Below are positions 1-8,419 of a stretch of 28,760 nucleotides of DNA, piece by piece (position 1 is the stretch's first letter; every line of letters begins with the position of its first letter). Both the position numbers and the translations under genes were made by a program. The stretch comes from a virus (Duplodnaviria; Caudoviricetes), in IMG/VR virus record IMGVR_UViG_3300016265_000433, positions 1-28,760 of that record; one strand, 5' to 3'. A model generated the notes under the pieces. It searched no databases, had not been told where the DNA came from, and saw only the letters and a program-made list of their open reading frames with translations.

Positions 1-1754
1 AGGTTCCCGAAATCGCTGGTGCCCTGCCCGGGAGCCGAGGCCGGCTTCGGGGGCTCGGGCGGCTTCATCGGTTCGAGGATGGACTGCGGGACGTAGCTGT
101 TTTCGGTGGAATACGGCAGAGCGCCACCGCCAGCATATCCGACCCCGCCGCCGTGGGCATAGCCAACCAGGCCACCCCTGGCAAACCAGGTGGTTGGGTT
201 CGTCCAAGAAAACGTAGAAGTGGACGTTTTCGGGGGCGCAGGCGGAAGAGGAGTGTTGAGCGGCTGCGTTTCGACCGGCGTCACCGGTGCGTTCGGAGCC
301 GTGGCATTCGACGCCTTCTGCTGGGTGACTTGCTGCTGCTCTTCGTTCCCGCCCGATGCGGGCTTAAGTTTGCTGTAAATATCCGCAGCCTGGTCGGCGT
401 AGGACATCAGGCCCTTGAGTTCGGGCTCGGGAAGCTTGGGGGCTTCGCCAGGCAGCATAAGCTGGTGCTGGGCCATAGCGCCGAGTTCCGCGCCATACGG
501 GCCGCCAAGGCCCGCATACGGCCCGCCAGCGGCATCGTTCATGCCAGCGCCGAAATCGCCGTACATGCCGCGATGGCTCTCGATGAGCGACGACATATCG
601 CCCACGGGATAGCCACCTACAGCATAACCGCCTCGAGCATAGCCAAGGCCCGCCATCTGGGGATGAACCGCGCCGCCTTCGGCAGCCAGGCCGCCCTGAT
701 AGTACCGACCACGATCCGCCGCATCGCGGGTGGCCGCGTCGTAATCCACGGTCTTCATGCCGCCAGCCTCGCCAACAGCCTCGGGATGGCGCTCCTCGAC
801 CTCTTGGGCAAGAAGGCCCATGCGGGTCGCCGGCTCGCCCTTGTAGCGGTACGAGTAGATGTTCTGGCCGTCGAACGTCTTACCCACGGGCCTGATGTCT
901 TCCTTCATCCTCTCGTCGGAGAAGAACGAATAAGGCTGGGTCGTCGTCGTGGTCGAGCCCGACGCCGTGCCGAGGCCCAGGGCAATATTCGACAGGAACT
1001 GGGCCACCTGGAACGGGTAGCCCTTTTCCTGAAGGAACTGTTGGAGCAGCGCAGTGTCGAGGGCCTGGCGGGTCTGCTGCTCAAGGGTGCCCGCGCCAAG
1101 CTGAGCCTGGAGGCCCTGGAGGGCGCTTTCCTGAGCCTGGGCACCAAGACCGGCATACTGCTGACCGGCCTGGAGCAGCGCCTGACGATCGGCGGCACGG
1201 GCCGCGTAATCGCGAGCCTGCTGGGTCTGGGCCGCCTCGAGGGCCTGGCCGTAGCCCTGGCGGTAAAGTTCAGCAATCTGCTGCTGGTTCGCCAGGTTCT
1301 GCTGGTAAGCCAAGTTGGCCGCACCAATACCCGACCGGTCGCCACCAAAAGCGCCCTGGGTGATCGCGTTGCCGTAAAGCTGGTTATATTGCTGCTGGTT
1401 TGCCTGTTCCTGCGCCCTCTGCGTCGTCTCGACGACGTTCTGGGTGTACGGGTTCAGGAACTGATTGATTTCGGTCTGGCCGATGCTGCCCAGGCCGACA
1501 GGGCCGCTCGAGCCGGTGATCATTTCGCCGGCACGGTTGTAGTACGGCTGGGCCATGCCCTGCGCGGCGTCGATGCCCCGCATGGCAGCCGTCTGGCGCT
1601 CGTTGATGGGGGCGACAAACTCGCCGGTATACCGCTCAAAAGGTCGCCGGGCGGCATCGCGGGCCATACGCCACGACTGATTGTAGTGCGCCAATACCGT
1701 TGGCGGGATCGTGACCTGTTGCGTAGTGGTTCCGGTTTTGCCGCCGCCGCCCAT
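1..1754 (-). CDS. Internal virion/ejection (DNA pilot-like) protein with an internal Peptidase_S74-type auto-cleavage domain; truncated at the left edge of the window
   Basis: Not in the ORF track because it has no stop inside the window. Manual translation from ATG at 1754 gives MGGGGKTGTTTQQVTIPP..., then a Q/A-rich helical region with FLNPY and GAFGGDR. Next is SDERMKEDIRPVG..NIYSYRYKG..MGLLAQEVEERHPEAV..KTVDY (741-920), then a G/P-rich region with YARGG, FARGG and YAHGG motifs. It lies directly downstream of the nozzle and GNAT genes, where podovirus ejection proteins are found. Confidence 0.8.
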   Translation of the reverse strand, partial: MGGGGKTGTTTQQVTIPPTVLAHYNQSWRMARDAARRPFERYTGEFVAPINERQTAAMRGIDAAQGMAQPYYNRAGEMITGSSGPVGLGSIGQTEINQFLNPYTQNVVETTQRAQEQANQQQYNQLYGNAITQGAFGGDRSGIGAANLAYQQNLANQQQIAELYRQGYGQALEAAQTQQARDYAARAADRQALLQAGQQYAGLGAQAQESALQGLQAQLGAGTLEQQTRQALDTALLQQFLQEKGYPFQVAQFLSNIALGLGTASGSTTTTTQPYSFFSDERMKEDIRPVGKTFDGQNIYSYRYKGEPATRMGLLAQEVEERHPEAVGEAGGMKTVDYDAATRDAADRGRYYQGGLAAEGGAVHPQMAGLGYARGGYAVGGYPVGDMSSLIESHRGMYGDFGAGMNDAAGGPYAGLGGPYGAELGAMAQHQLMLPGEAPKLPEPELKGLMSYADQAADIYSKLKPASGGNEEQQQVTQQKASNATAPNAPVTPVETQPLNTPLPPAPPKTSTSTFSWTNPTTWFARGGLVGYAHGGGVGYAGGGALPYSTENSYVPQSILEPMKPPEPPKPASAPGQGTSDFGN

Positions 1755-1765
1755 GTCTCAGCCTT

Positions 1766-2287
1766 TCACGATACCGGGGCCACTGCCGAGGCTTCCTCCG
1801 ACTTGGAGTTCCCGACACGCCCAGTCTTGGCCCCGTACAGCCAGAAAGCCCCAGAGGGAGGACCAAACTGGCGTTCGTACATCCGAACCTTCGCCTCGGT
1901 TCGCTGGTTGGACAGGACGCCAATCATCAGCGGAATACCCAAAGTGTCAGAGACTTGCTTTGAGAACTCGCACAGTTTTTTGGCCCGCCCGCCCTTAGCG
2001 GCTCGAAACTCAGGATGAATGAAAATCGCTTTTTCTTCAACAACCTCTTGGTCGGAGTACCAGAGACTGCCGATCCGAAGAAGAACCGCGCCCTCGGGCT
2101 TCCCGCCAGGTCGGCTGACTACACCGACGATGCCCTGCACTTGGTTAAGCGCCGCCCAAATATGCTCGAGAAGCTTATATTCGCTGGGCTCTAAAACGCC
2201 GTTTTCCTCAGTGGCAAGCATCGCCAGGTTCATAATCTCATGAACGTCATCGGGGACGCCAACGCGGACAACCAGATCATCAGCCAT
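1766..2287 (-). CDS. GNAT-fold acetyltransferase-like protein (positional analogue of T7 gp13)
   Basis: 173 aa. FIHPEFRAAKGGRAKKL resembles GNAT motif A. N-terminal 'VR...DDV..I' and C-terminal 'RMYER' are also GNAT-like. Confidence 0.7.
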   Translation of the reverse strand: MADDLVVRVGVPDDVHEIMNLAMLATEENGVLEPSEYKLLEHIWAALNQVQGIVGVVSRPGGKPEGAVLLRIGSLWYSDQEVVEEKAIFIHPEFRAAKGGRAKKLCEFSKQVSDTLGIPLMIGVLSNQRTEAKVRMYERQFGPPSGAFWLYGAKTGRVGNSKSEEASAVAPVS

Positions 2288-2290
2288 ATC

Positions 2291-2887
2291 TCAATCCTTC
2301 TTTGGTCCCGGTAGATTTTTCAGGGTTTTTACAGTCTTCGCCCTCTGCTGCTTGACGAACTCGTCCAGGATCCTGTGACCGTCTTCCATATTCCCGCCCC
2401 CGAGGGCCGCGACCTCTTCCGGGGAAATCACATATTCACCGCCGGCAGCCACGATGGGCACCGTTTCCGAATAGCCGCCTCGAGCCTTCCCCGGCGCTTC
2501 GGCCCCGTAGGGAAGGCCGCCGCTCACATAAGGAAGTTCCGCGCCAAGCTTGCTCTCGCCGTCCGGGGTGGCCGAGAAGATCGACTGGGCGACCTTGAAC
2601 CCGGCCATCGTATTGCCCTCGCCCATCGACGAGATGATGTCGGCAGGGATCACGTAAGAGCCCGAGGGAACGTGGATCGGCAGATGGTCGGTGCGCCCGG
2701 CAACCGAACTATGGATCGGGCCGACGTGGACCTTCTCCGAGGTGATTTCGCCGCCGTCAGCCTTCGCCACCTGACGGGCCGTCCGAAGGGCCGCCGCGAT
2801 CGCCTGGTCCTGCGGATGCCCGGCGTGGATCATCTCGCGGATGTTTGCCGAAATCGTCTTCTGGCTCGAGCCCTTTTTCAGCGGCAT
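2291..2887 (-). CDS. Conserved phage protein: short N-terminal helical module plus two tandem 'xxGG...G(S/E)YVI' modules
   Basis: 198 aa. N-terminus MPLKKGSSQKTISANIREMIHAGHPQDQAIAAAL. Modules are KADGG..DHLPIHVPSGSYVIPADIISSMG and KARGG.ETVPIVAAGGEYVISPEEVAALG. Confidence 0.75.
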   Translation of the reverse strand: MPLKKGSSQKTISANIREMIHAGHPQDQAIAAALRTARQVAKADGGEITSEKVHVGPIHSSVAGRTDHLPIHVPSGSYVIPADIISSMGEGNTMAGFKVAQSIFSATPDGESKLGAELPYVSGGLPYGAEAPGKARGGYSETVPIVAAGGEYVISPEEVAALGGGNMEDGHRILDEFVKQQRAKTVKTLKNLPGPKKD

Positions 2888-2894
2888 GGCTTCC

Positions 2895-3278
2895 TCACGA
2901 AATCGGCGTGTACCCGACGCAGGCCGTCATGTCCGCGTCAGTCTCGATGACGATGCCCCTACTATAGAACAGCGACACGTCCGAGTAATTTACGAAATTC
3001 GCCGCCGTCGCCTCGAGCGACGACCAGATCAGGTTTGCGGGGTCGATCGTGGCAACGCTCGCCGCGTCATAAATGAACACCTGGTTCGCGCCGCTAAACT
3101 CGGGGATCGACACCGAGTGGATCCTGCCCGTCCCGGTCGTGATCAGTTCCTGGGAAGACGCCGGGATGGTAGGGCTGATGGTCGAGGGGCCAGCGACGAT
3201 GCGGAAATACTGCACCAGGGCGTTGATGCCCTGGACACCGTTCTTCTGGGTTGTGAGGAAATCGTCCTGGCTCGCCAT
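2895..3278 (-). CDS. Small virion structural protein (hypothetical, beta-rich)
   Basis: True start is probably the ATG at 3278 (MASQDDFLTTQKNGV...), which overlaps the upstream TGA as TGATG; 127 aa. The track's 5' extension overlaps the nozzle gene. Confidence 0.7.
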   Translation of the reverse strand: MASQDDFLTTQKNGVQGINALVQYFRIVAGPSTISPTIPASSQELITTGTGRIHSVSIPEFSGANQVFIYDAASVATIDPANLIWSSLEATAANFVNYSDVSLFYSRGIVIETDADMTACVGYTPIS

Positions 3279-6220
3279 CAGTATTTTCCATCGGGCTGGG
3301 TGCGATACCGGATATTGCCGATACGCCAGAAGCTGTCGAGGTCGTTGCTCTCGATCTTGATCGACACCAGCCTGCCGCGCATGCGGGGCGTCACGAACTC
3401 GGTGCCCTGGGTCATGGTGAACGGCCCATATTGACGGGGCGTCTGGCCGGCATAATCGGTGGCGAAGAAGGTGATGTAGACCGTGGCGTTCTGGCTGCCG
3501 CCGTAATAACCCCATTTCATGTCGGGCCAGACCTGATCCACGAACACCTTCAAATCAGCCTCGTCGAGGGCGAAATAGCCCGTCTGGAAGCTGGACAGCA
3601 TCGCCTGGCCGTCCGCGTTTTGGGACGTTTCGTGCTGGTAGATGAAATTGTCCGAGCCCGCGCCGATCGGAGCCCCCAGGACGCTCTGGTTGATCCAGGC
3701 AGTGCGGCCAAGCTGGCCGAAGTCCCAGGTCTGAAGGTAGGCGTTATACTTGACGTAATGGCTGACCTCGCCCCCGTTGCCGAGGGTCGGGTAATACCAC
3801 GTCACCTCGCCGAACCGGCTGTTCGCCGCTGCCCGGATCTTGTCGAGGTTGTTCGTGTCGAGATCCTGGAAGATCACGTCCCAGATAGGGCACGGGACCG
3901 GTTGCGGACCACCCTCGCCCATCGTGTAGAACTGGCTCTGGCTCATCCAAAAGATCTGGTTCCCGAGCGTCGTCGCCGCCTTGCGACCGATCAGGCCGCA
4001 GCCCGTGCCGATCTCGTTGAGGCTGTAGATCAGCGGCGGCCCGACGTACTGCATCGCCCAGACAGCAACGTCAGTCCAGATAATGCCCTGCTGCGGCCCC
4101 TGGAGCGCCCCGACGATCCGGGAGCCCTTGGGAACGCGGATAGAGCCCGCCTGGTTAACGACCGTGCCGATCCAGTTTTTGTAGTTCAGCACGTCGCAGT
4201 AGCGGATTAGCAGGGGATCGACGATGCCGTCGAAACTCGAGCCCCAGGCGATGATCTGGCGCTGCGGCATCGCCACGAACGCGCCGTTGTTTGCCGGCGG
4301 CCCCGAGCCGATGGTCTGCGGGACCGTGGGGTTCGAGGTCGGATCCCAGATGAAAATCGGGCCGCCATAGGGGCAGGCGACCAGCAGGCTGCCGAGATTA
4401 TCGAGGCTCCAATCCACGGTCTGGATAGCGCCGCCGTAATTCGTCGTGCCGGTCGAAGAGTAAGTGCCGTAAGCGCCCTGGCCGTAAAGCCCGAGGCCAT
4501 AGCCGCTGCCCGTGGGGTTTGACTCGCCGCCGACGTAGTAGACGAACATTGCCTGATTGTTATTCATGTACACGTCATCGGTCGTCGCCGCCTTGACGGG
4601 GATGCCGATCTGGAACGAATAACTTGAGACGACAGACGACACCGTATACGACCCGGGCGGGATCGTGATGCCGCCAACCACGATCGGCGTGAAGACCGGG
4701 AACGAGCCGCCAGCGATGAAGTCGTGATTAGGCAGCGTTACCGTCGCCTGGCTCGAGTCGGCGACCGTGCTGATGAGCGGCACATTGCCGTAATTGTCGA
4801 TGAAGCCGCCGGAGACATACGCCGCCGTGGTCGGGTTGGAATAGCTGACCGTTGAGAAAAACCCGCTAGTCGAGTTGGTGACAATATACGATCCGTTATA
4901 ATCGTTGGGGTCCACCTCAGTGACATTGATGCCGCTGAACTGAGGGAATGTATACGCACCAGAGAACGTCAGGGTCGCGGTATTGGTTGGCGCACCCGTG
5001 CCTGAAGCGCCAGTAACAGCCTCGGGGGCGGCGACCGTAGACCACAGGGCATTCTGTGGAGCGCCCAGGGTGTTGGTCGCCGAGATCACGTAACGGAATT
5101 GGTCTACGGGCGAGGCTTCGTAAAATCCGCGCAGCGTGAGGCCGCCAACGGAAACCGGGACCGCCAGAAAGACGCCCGTATATTGGGGCGTGTTATTGCC
5201 CAGATAGATCTTACCGCCGGAGACGTAAGCCGCCGTCTCGGCACTGGCAAAATCAATCGAGCCAGGCGACGAGCCGGTGACCGTGTATTCGCCGTTATAG
5301 CCCGCCGGGTCGATGCCAGAGATGTAAACGGACGCGCCAACCGGGATCTCGAGGGTTCCGCTAAACGTCACCGTAGCCGTCGTGCCCGTGCCAGATGCCC
5401 CGGTAACAATGCCGCCATTGAAGATCGTGCCGCCCGAAACGTATTTCTGGGCAATGACGCCGCCGCTGACGTAGGTGCTACTGGTCGTGCTGGCGAAAGA
5501 AACGGACCCGGCGGAAGATCCGGTGACCGTATATGTGCCGTTATATGCTGCCGGCGCAATGCCGGTCACCACAATGTCGGTCCCAATCGTAAAAGTCGCC
5601 GCGCCGCTATAGGTCAGCGTGACAGTGGTCCCGGTTCCGGATGCCCCCGTAACAACCGCCGATGCCGTAGCGTTCGCGACCGTGACCGTCGAATTGGTCG
5701 AACTGACGACCGTATAGGTGCCGTTATATCCAGCCGGGTCGATGCCCTCGACCTGGATGTAGCTGCCGACCTGGAACCCGGTGCCGTTGTCGTAGAACGA
5801 GATCGTCGCGTTCGTCCCGTCTCCCGTCGCCCCGGTGACTGCAAAGGTATTTCCGTAATCCGTAACGGTGATGACGTTGGTGCCAACGGTCGTCTCGAAC
5901 TTGACCGCGCTGCTGTCCGAGAACGTCGTCGGGGTGATGCCCGTCAGGACACCGTCCTCGATGATGTTCAGCGATCGCTCGGCCCCCACGGCGAGGTAGT
6001 TGTTGGCGTCAATGTCGGCCCAGCCCCAGAGGGCGCGGACCTTCGAGCCAATGTTCTGGGCGATGTATTTGGTCCAGCCGCCAAGCTTCTGGACGAGGGC
6101 GAGGCCCTGCCGATCGGGAACAAACCGGACAAGCTGGCTCGTCGAGATCCCGGCCTCGTTCAGGGCCGGGGTCCGGTTCTGATCGACGCCCGGGATAAGC
6201 TTTAGGGATGCGTGGGCCAT
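3278..6220 (-). CDS. Tail nozzle / DNA-stabilisation protein (P22 gp10 or tail tubular B-like) with inserted beta-repeat domains
   Basis: 980 aa. N-terminus LKLIPGV..VRF..VQKLGGW..VRALWGW. Beta-propeller-like C-terminal half (WSLDNLG, IFIWDP, QAGSIRV, EVTWYYP, GRTAW, WRIGNIRY..QPDG). Four TG-x-GTG..YNG-x-Y..YVSGG repeats in between. Confidence 0.75.
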   Translation of the reverse strand: MAHASLKLIPGVDQNRTPALNEAGISTSQLVRFVPDRQGLALVQKLGGWTKYIAQNIGSKVRALWGWADIDANNYLAVGAERSLNIIEDGVLTGITPTTFSDSSAVKFETTVGTNVITVTDYGNTFAVTGATGDGTNATISFYDNGTGFQVGSYIQVEGIDPAGYNGTYTVVSSTNSTVTVANATASAVVTGASGTGTTVTLTYSGAATFTIGTDIVVTGIAPAAYNGTYTVTGSSAGSVSFASTTSSTYVSGGVIAQKYVSGGTIFNGGIVTGASGTGTTATVTFSGTLEIPVGASVYISGIDPAGYNGEYTVTGSSPGSIDFASAETAAYVSGGKIYLGNNTPQYTGVFLAVPVSVGGLTLRGFYEASPVDQFRYVISATNTLGAPQNALWSTVAAPEAVTGASGTGAPTNTATLTFSGAYTFPQFSGINVTEVDPNDYNGSYIVTNSTSGFFSTVSYSNPTTAAYVSGGFIDNYGNVPLISTVADSSQATVTLPNHDFIAGGSFPVFTPIVVGGITIPPGSYTVSSVVSSYSFQIGIPVKAATTDDVYMNNNQAMFVYYVGGESNPTGSGYGLGLYGQGAYGTYSSTGTTNYGGAIQTVDWSLDNLGSLLVACPYGGPIFIWDPTSNPTVPQTIGSGPPANNGAFVAMPQRQIIAWGSSFDGIVDPLLIRYCDVLNYKNWIGTVVNQAGSIRVPKGSRIVGALQGPQQGIIWTDVAVWAMQYVGPPLIYSLNEIGTGCGLIGRKAATTLGNQIFWMSQSQFYTMGEGGPQPVPCPIWDVIFQDLDTNNLDKIRAAANSRFGEVTWYYPTLGNGGEVSHYVKYNAYLQTWDFGQLGRTAWINQSVLGAPIGAGSDNFIYQHETSQNADGQAMLSSFQTGYFALDEADLKVFVDQVWPDMKWGYYGGSQNATVYITFFATDYAGQTPRQYGPFTMTQGTEFVTPRMRGRLVSIKIESNDLDSFWRIGNIRYRTQPDGKY

Positions 6221-6223
6221 GAA

Positions 6224-6940
6224 TTACCCCCGCGTCGGGCTGGCAACCGGGGCCGGGGACATCGAGGTCCAGGCCGCCGACTGGAACTTCTTCCTCGCCT
6301 CTTCGACCATCGCGCTCTTGAGCAGCGTCTGGTACTGGCTTTCGTAGGTGACGGCCATCTGGGGGTCGTCGTTCGCCCTGCCGAAATTTCTCTGGTAGCC
6401 CGAGACGTAGATCATCGAGGCCATGATCAGAAGATCCGGCAGATAAAGAGAAATGAACGTCGTCGGGTTGGAAGACGAAAGAGAATTAGGCCGCACCGTG
6501 CCGACGATCTCGAGGTAGTAAGTGCCATCCGGCCAGGGTCCAACCAGCATGTTATTCTGATTAGACATCGCGAAATAGGCGGGCTGGGCCTTATAGCTGG
6601 AGCTAGGATACGATGCGTTGATGAATTCTTTCGTCGTCGGAAGGAGGCTGACCCGGGTGCCGTTTTCAGGGTTCGGCGTCCCGGTCGGCGTGATGAGATT
6701 GACCTCTTGGATGGTCACGAAGTCGCTCGCCGAAACCAGGAGGCTCCGGCTGTTCGTCGTAACGGAGTAGTTGATTTTCGCCTCGACCGTCGAAAGGAAA
6801 TCCAGGTCGCGGTACATCCTGTTTTCCGCATACGTGATCATCTGCGGCAGGATCTCGACGAACGCGGGATCGTCTTCGGCCACGACCGCCAGGGTCGCGA
6901 TCTGGGTGACGTATTGGCTGTACGTAAGGCCCGTCGTCAT
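6224..6940 (-). CDS. Head-tail adaptor / tail tubular protein A-like
   Basis: 238 aa. LTYSQYVTQI..LPQMITYAENRMYRDL..PAYFA..VGPWPDGTY..YLPDLLIMAS..YQTLL pattern. It lies immediately upstream of the nozzle gene. Confidence 0.65.
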   Translation of the reverse strand: MTTGLTYSQYVTQIATLAVVAEDDPAFVEILPQMITYAENRMYRDLDFLSTVEAKINYSVTTNSRSLLVSASDFVTIQEVNLITPTGTPNPENGTRVSLLPTTKEFINASYPSSSYKAQPAYFAMSNQNNMLVGPWPDGTYYLEIVGTVRPNSLSSSNPTTFISLYLPDLLIMASMIYVSGYQRNFGRANDDPQMAVTYESQYQTLLKSAMVEEARKKFQSAAWTSMSPAPVASPTRG

Positions 6941-7461
6941 GTCGGCTCTCCAGCCATCTCGAGGGCCTTCCGCTTGACCTCGGCGACCCTCTTGCCCCAG
7001 CCCTTACCAAACGCCGCCCAAGTCTCGAGCGCCTGGAGGAAGGCCAGACGATTATCGCACATTTTGTCGATCAGGTCTTTAACGTCGGCCTTTTGCACCG
7101 CTCCGAGCGTCCCGGGGCCGATGCGGCCATCATCGGCAACGCCCAGGGTCCGCTGGAGAAGCTTCCCGGCCCGCCCAGGGCCGCTGTTCACCGCCGTGTC
7201 GAAGACCGCGTAATCGACCCCCGCCGGCAGATCGTCACACCGGGAAACGTCCCAATAGAACGAGCGATAAAGAGGCGCGACGAGTTCGGGCGTCAGAGCC
7301 CGCATCTCGGCCTCGTCCGCCGTGCGCTTCGTGTAGTTCTCCCAGACGCGCTTGGTGACGCCCAGGTTGGTCATGCCGCCCGGGTCACGCGGGTGGTTAA
7401 CGAAACCACCTTCGTGCGCGAGAACCAGTTTCAGGCAGGCGTCGAAGTTGCCCTTCATCAT
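6937..7461 (-). CDS. Endolysin, glycoside hydrolase family 108 with C-terminal peptidoglycan-binding domain
   Basis: HEGGFVNHPRDPGGMTNLGVT catalytic EGG motif, FDTAVNSG, LQRTLGVADDGRIGPGTL and FGKGW..R. Confidence 0.92.
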   Translation of the reverse strand: MMKGNFDACLKLVLAHEGGFVNHPRDPGGMTNLGVTKRVWENYTKRTADEAEMRALTPELVAPLYRSFYWDVSRCDDLPAGVDYAVFDTAVNSGPGRAGKLLQRTLGVADDGRIGPGTLGAVQKADVKDLIDKMCDNRLAFLQALETWAAFGKGWGKRVAEVKRKALEMAGEPT

Positions 7462-7976
7462 CCCGCCTTTGCCGCCAGGGCATCGGTCTTCTTCTGGCTG
7501 CCCGCCGAAGAGCCGTAATAGAAATTGATGATCCCGGTCCAGGCCGTGCCCAGGCTGCCGATCATGATCAGAAGCGCCTCGGTGCCGTTCTCGGGCATGC
7601 CGTAGGCCAGCATGTGGATCAGAATGCCAAAGAAGCCCACGGTGACCATGATCGCCATCGTCTTGGGCAGCCAGTCCCGCGTGGCAATCTGCATGTCGCG
7701 GGCGCTCTTGCGGTCATCTACGGCGATTCGCTCGAGGTCGATCTCGAGTTCGCGCATCTTGACCGCGAAATCCTGGTCAGCCCGCTTGATCGCGAGAAGC
7801 TGATCCGGGGTCGCGTTCTGAAGGGCGGCCTGAACCTCGGCAGCGCCGGCATCGTCCCGGCCAAAAATGGCCGACGACAGGGCCTTTACGGCCATTCCGG
7901 CGACAGGGCCGCCCAGGGCAGTGGCGATGGTGGGGGCAATCTGGCCGAGGAGGCCCGTAACCTTCGAGAAATCCAT
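7458..7976 (-). CDS. Holin-like membrane protein (3TM / GTA-type holin family)
   Basis: IAPTIATALGGP N-terminus, a coiled region ending DRKSARDMQ, two C-terminal hydrophobic segments ending NFYYGSS. Overlaps the endolysin start. Confidence 0.75.
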   Translation of the reverse strand: MDFSKVTGLLGQIAPTIATALGGPVAGMAVKALSSAIFGRDDAGAAEVQAALQNATPDQLLAIKRADQDFAVKMRELEIDLERIAVDDRKSARDMQIATRDWLPKTMAIMVTVGFFGILIHMLAYGMPENGTEALLIMIGSLGTAWTGIINFYYGSSAGSQKKTDALAAKAG

Positions 7977-8221
7977 CAGCGGTCCACCTTTCGCTGCTCG
8001 AGGCTGTCGAGTTTGTCAAAGATCCGCCCGCAGATCTCTTTGATCTCTCTGATGCCCTCGGTGAACTCTTCCCGCCGAACGTAGTGGTGAGGGAGATCAC
8101 GCTCAATCTCCCTCATGTCACGGCGAAGATCCGCGACGGCCTCCCAGACCTGTCGCCCAAACCAGCCAAACCCCGCCAAAACGGTGCCGGCCAAGATGTT
8201 GATGACGGTCTGGGGGTCCAT
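7976..8221 (-). CDS. Small single-TM coiled-coil protein (lysis accessory or holin-like)
   Basis: 81 aa. N-terminal hydrophobic helix, then coiled coil with LP..YVRREEF. TGATG coupling to the next gene. Confidence 0.65.
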   Translation of the reverse strand: MDPQTVINILAGTVLAGFGWFGRQVWEAVADLRRDMREIERDLPHHYVRREEFTEGIREIKEICGRIFDKLDSLEQRKVDR

Positions 8222-8226
8222 TCAGC

Positions 8227-8406
8227 CTACTCCTGAACAGGATCTTCCTGGGGCACCGGGGTCGCGGAGCGGACAGCCGCCTCGCCCTGGCGCTTAATCT
8301 CGGAAATGATCTCCACGACCTGGTTGAACGGCCCGTTCGCCAGCATGGACAGAACGACGTTCCACTGGGCACCCGTGAGAGCAATCGAAATCGGCATATT
8401 TTCCAT
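8227..8406 (-). CDS. Small protein following the tail fibre (possible fibre assembly factor)
   Basis: ATG at 8406 is preceded by AAGGAG. MENMPISIAL..WNVVLSMLANGPFNQVVEIISEIKRQ, 59 aa. Confidence 0.65.
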   Translation of the reverse strand: MENMPISIALTGAQWNVVLSMLANGPFNQVVEIISEIKRQGEAAVRSATPVPQEDPVQE

Positions 8407-8419
8407 GTTTATCTCCTTA

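Noticed and set aside
1985-2005. AAKGG in the GNAT protein as another copy of the GG tag
   Set aside because: It coincides with the GNAT acetyl-CoA-binding loop and is explained by that.
153-2018. 621-aa plus-strand ORF
   Set aside because: Antisense shadow of the real minus-strand ejection and GNAT genes; long stop-free antisense frames are expected in GC-rich coding DNA.
4805-5840. Ubiquitin-pathway interpretation (repeats resemble the 'E1 FCCH'-labelled phage domain, and GG recalls ubiquitin C-termini)
   Set aside because: No E1, E2 or ubiquitin-like protein is visible. The repeats are best read as structural beta-domains in a virion protein.
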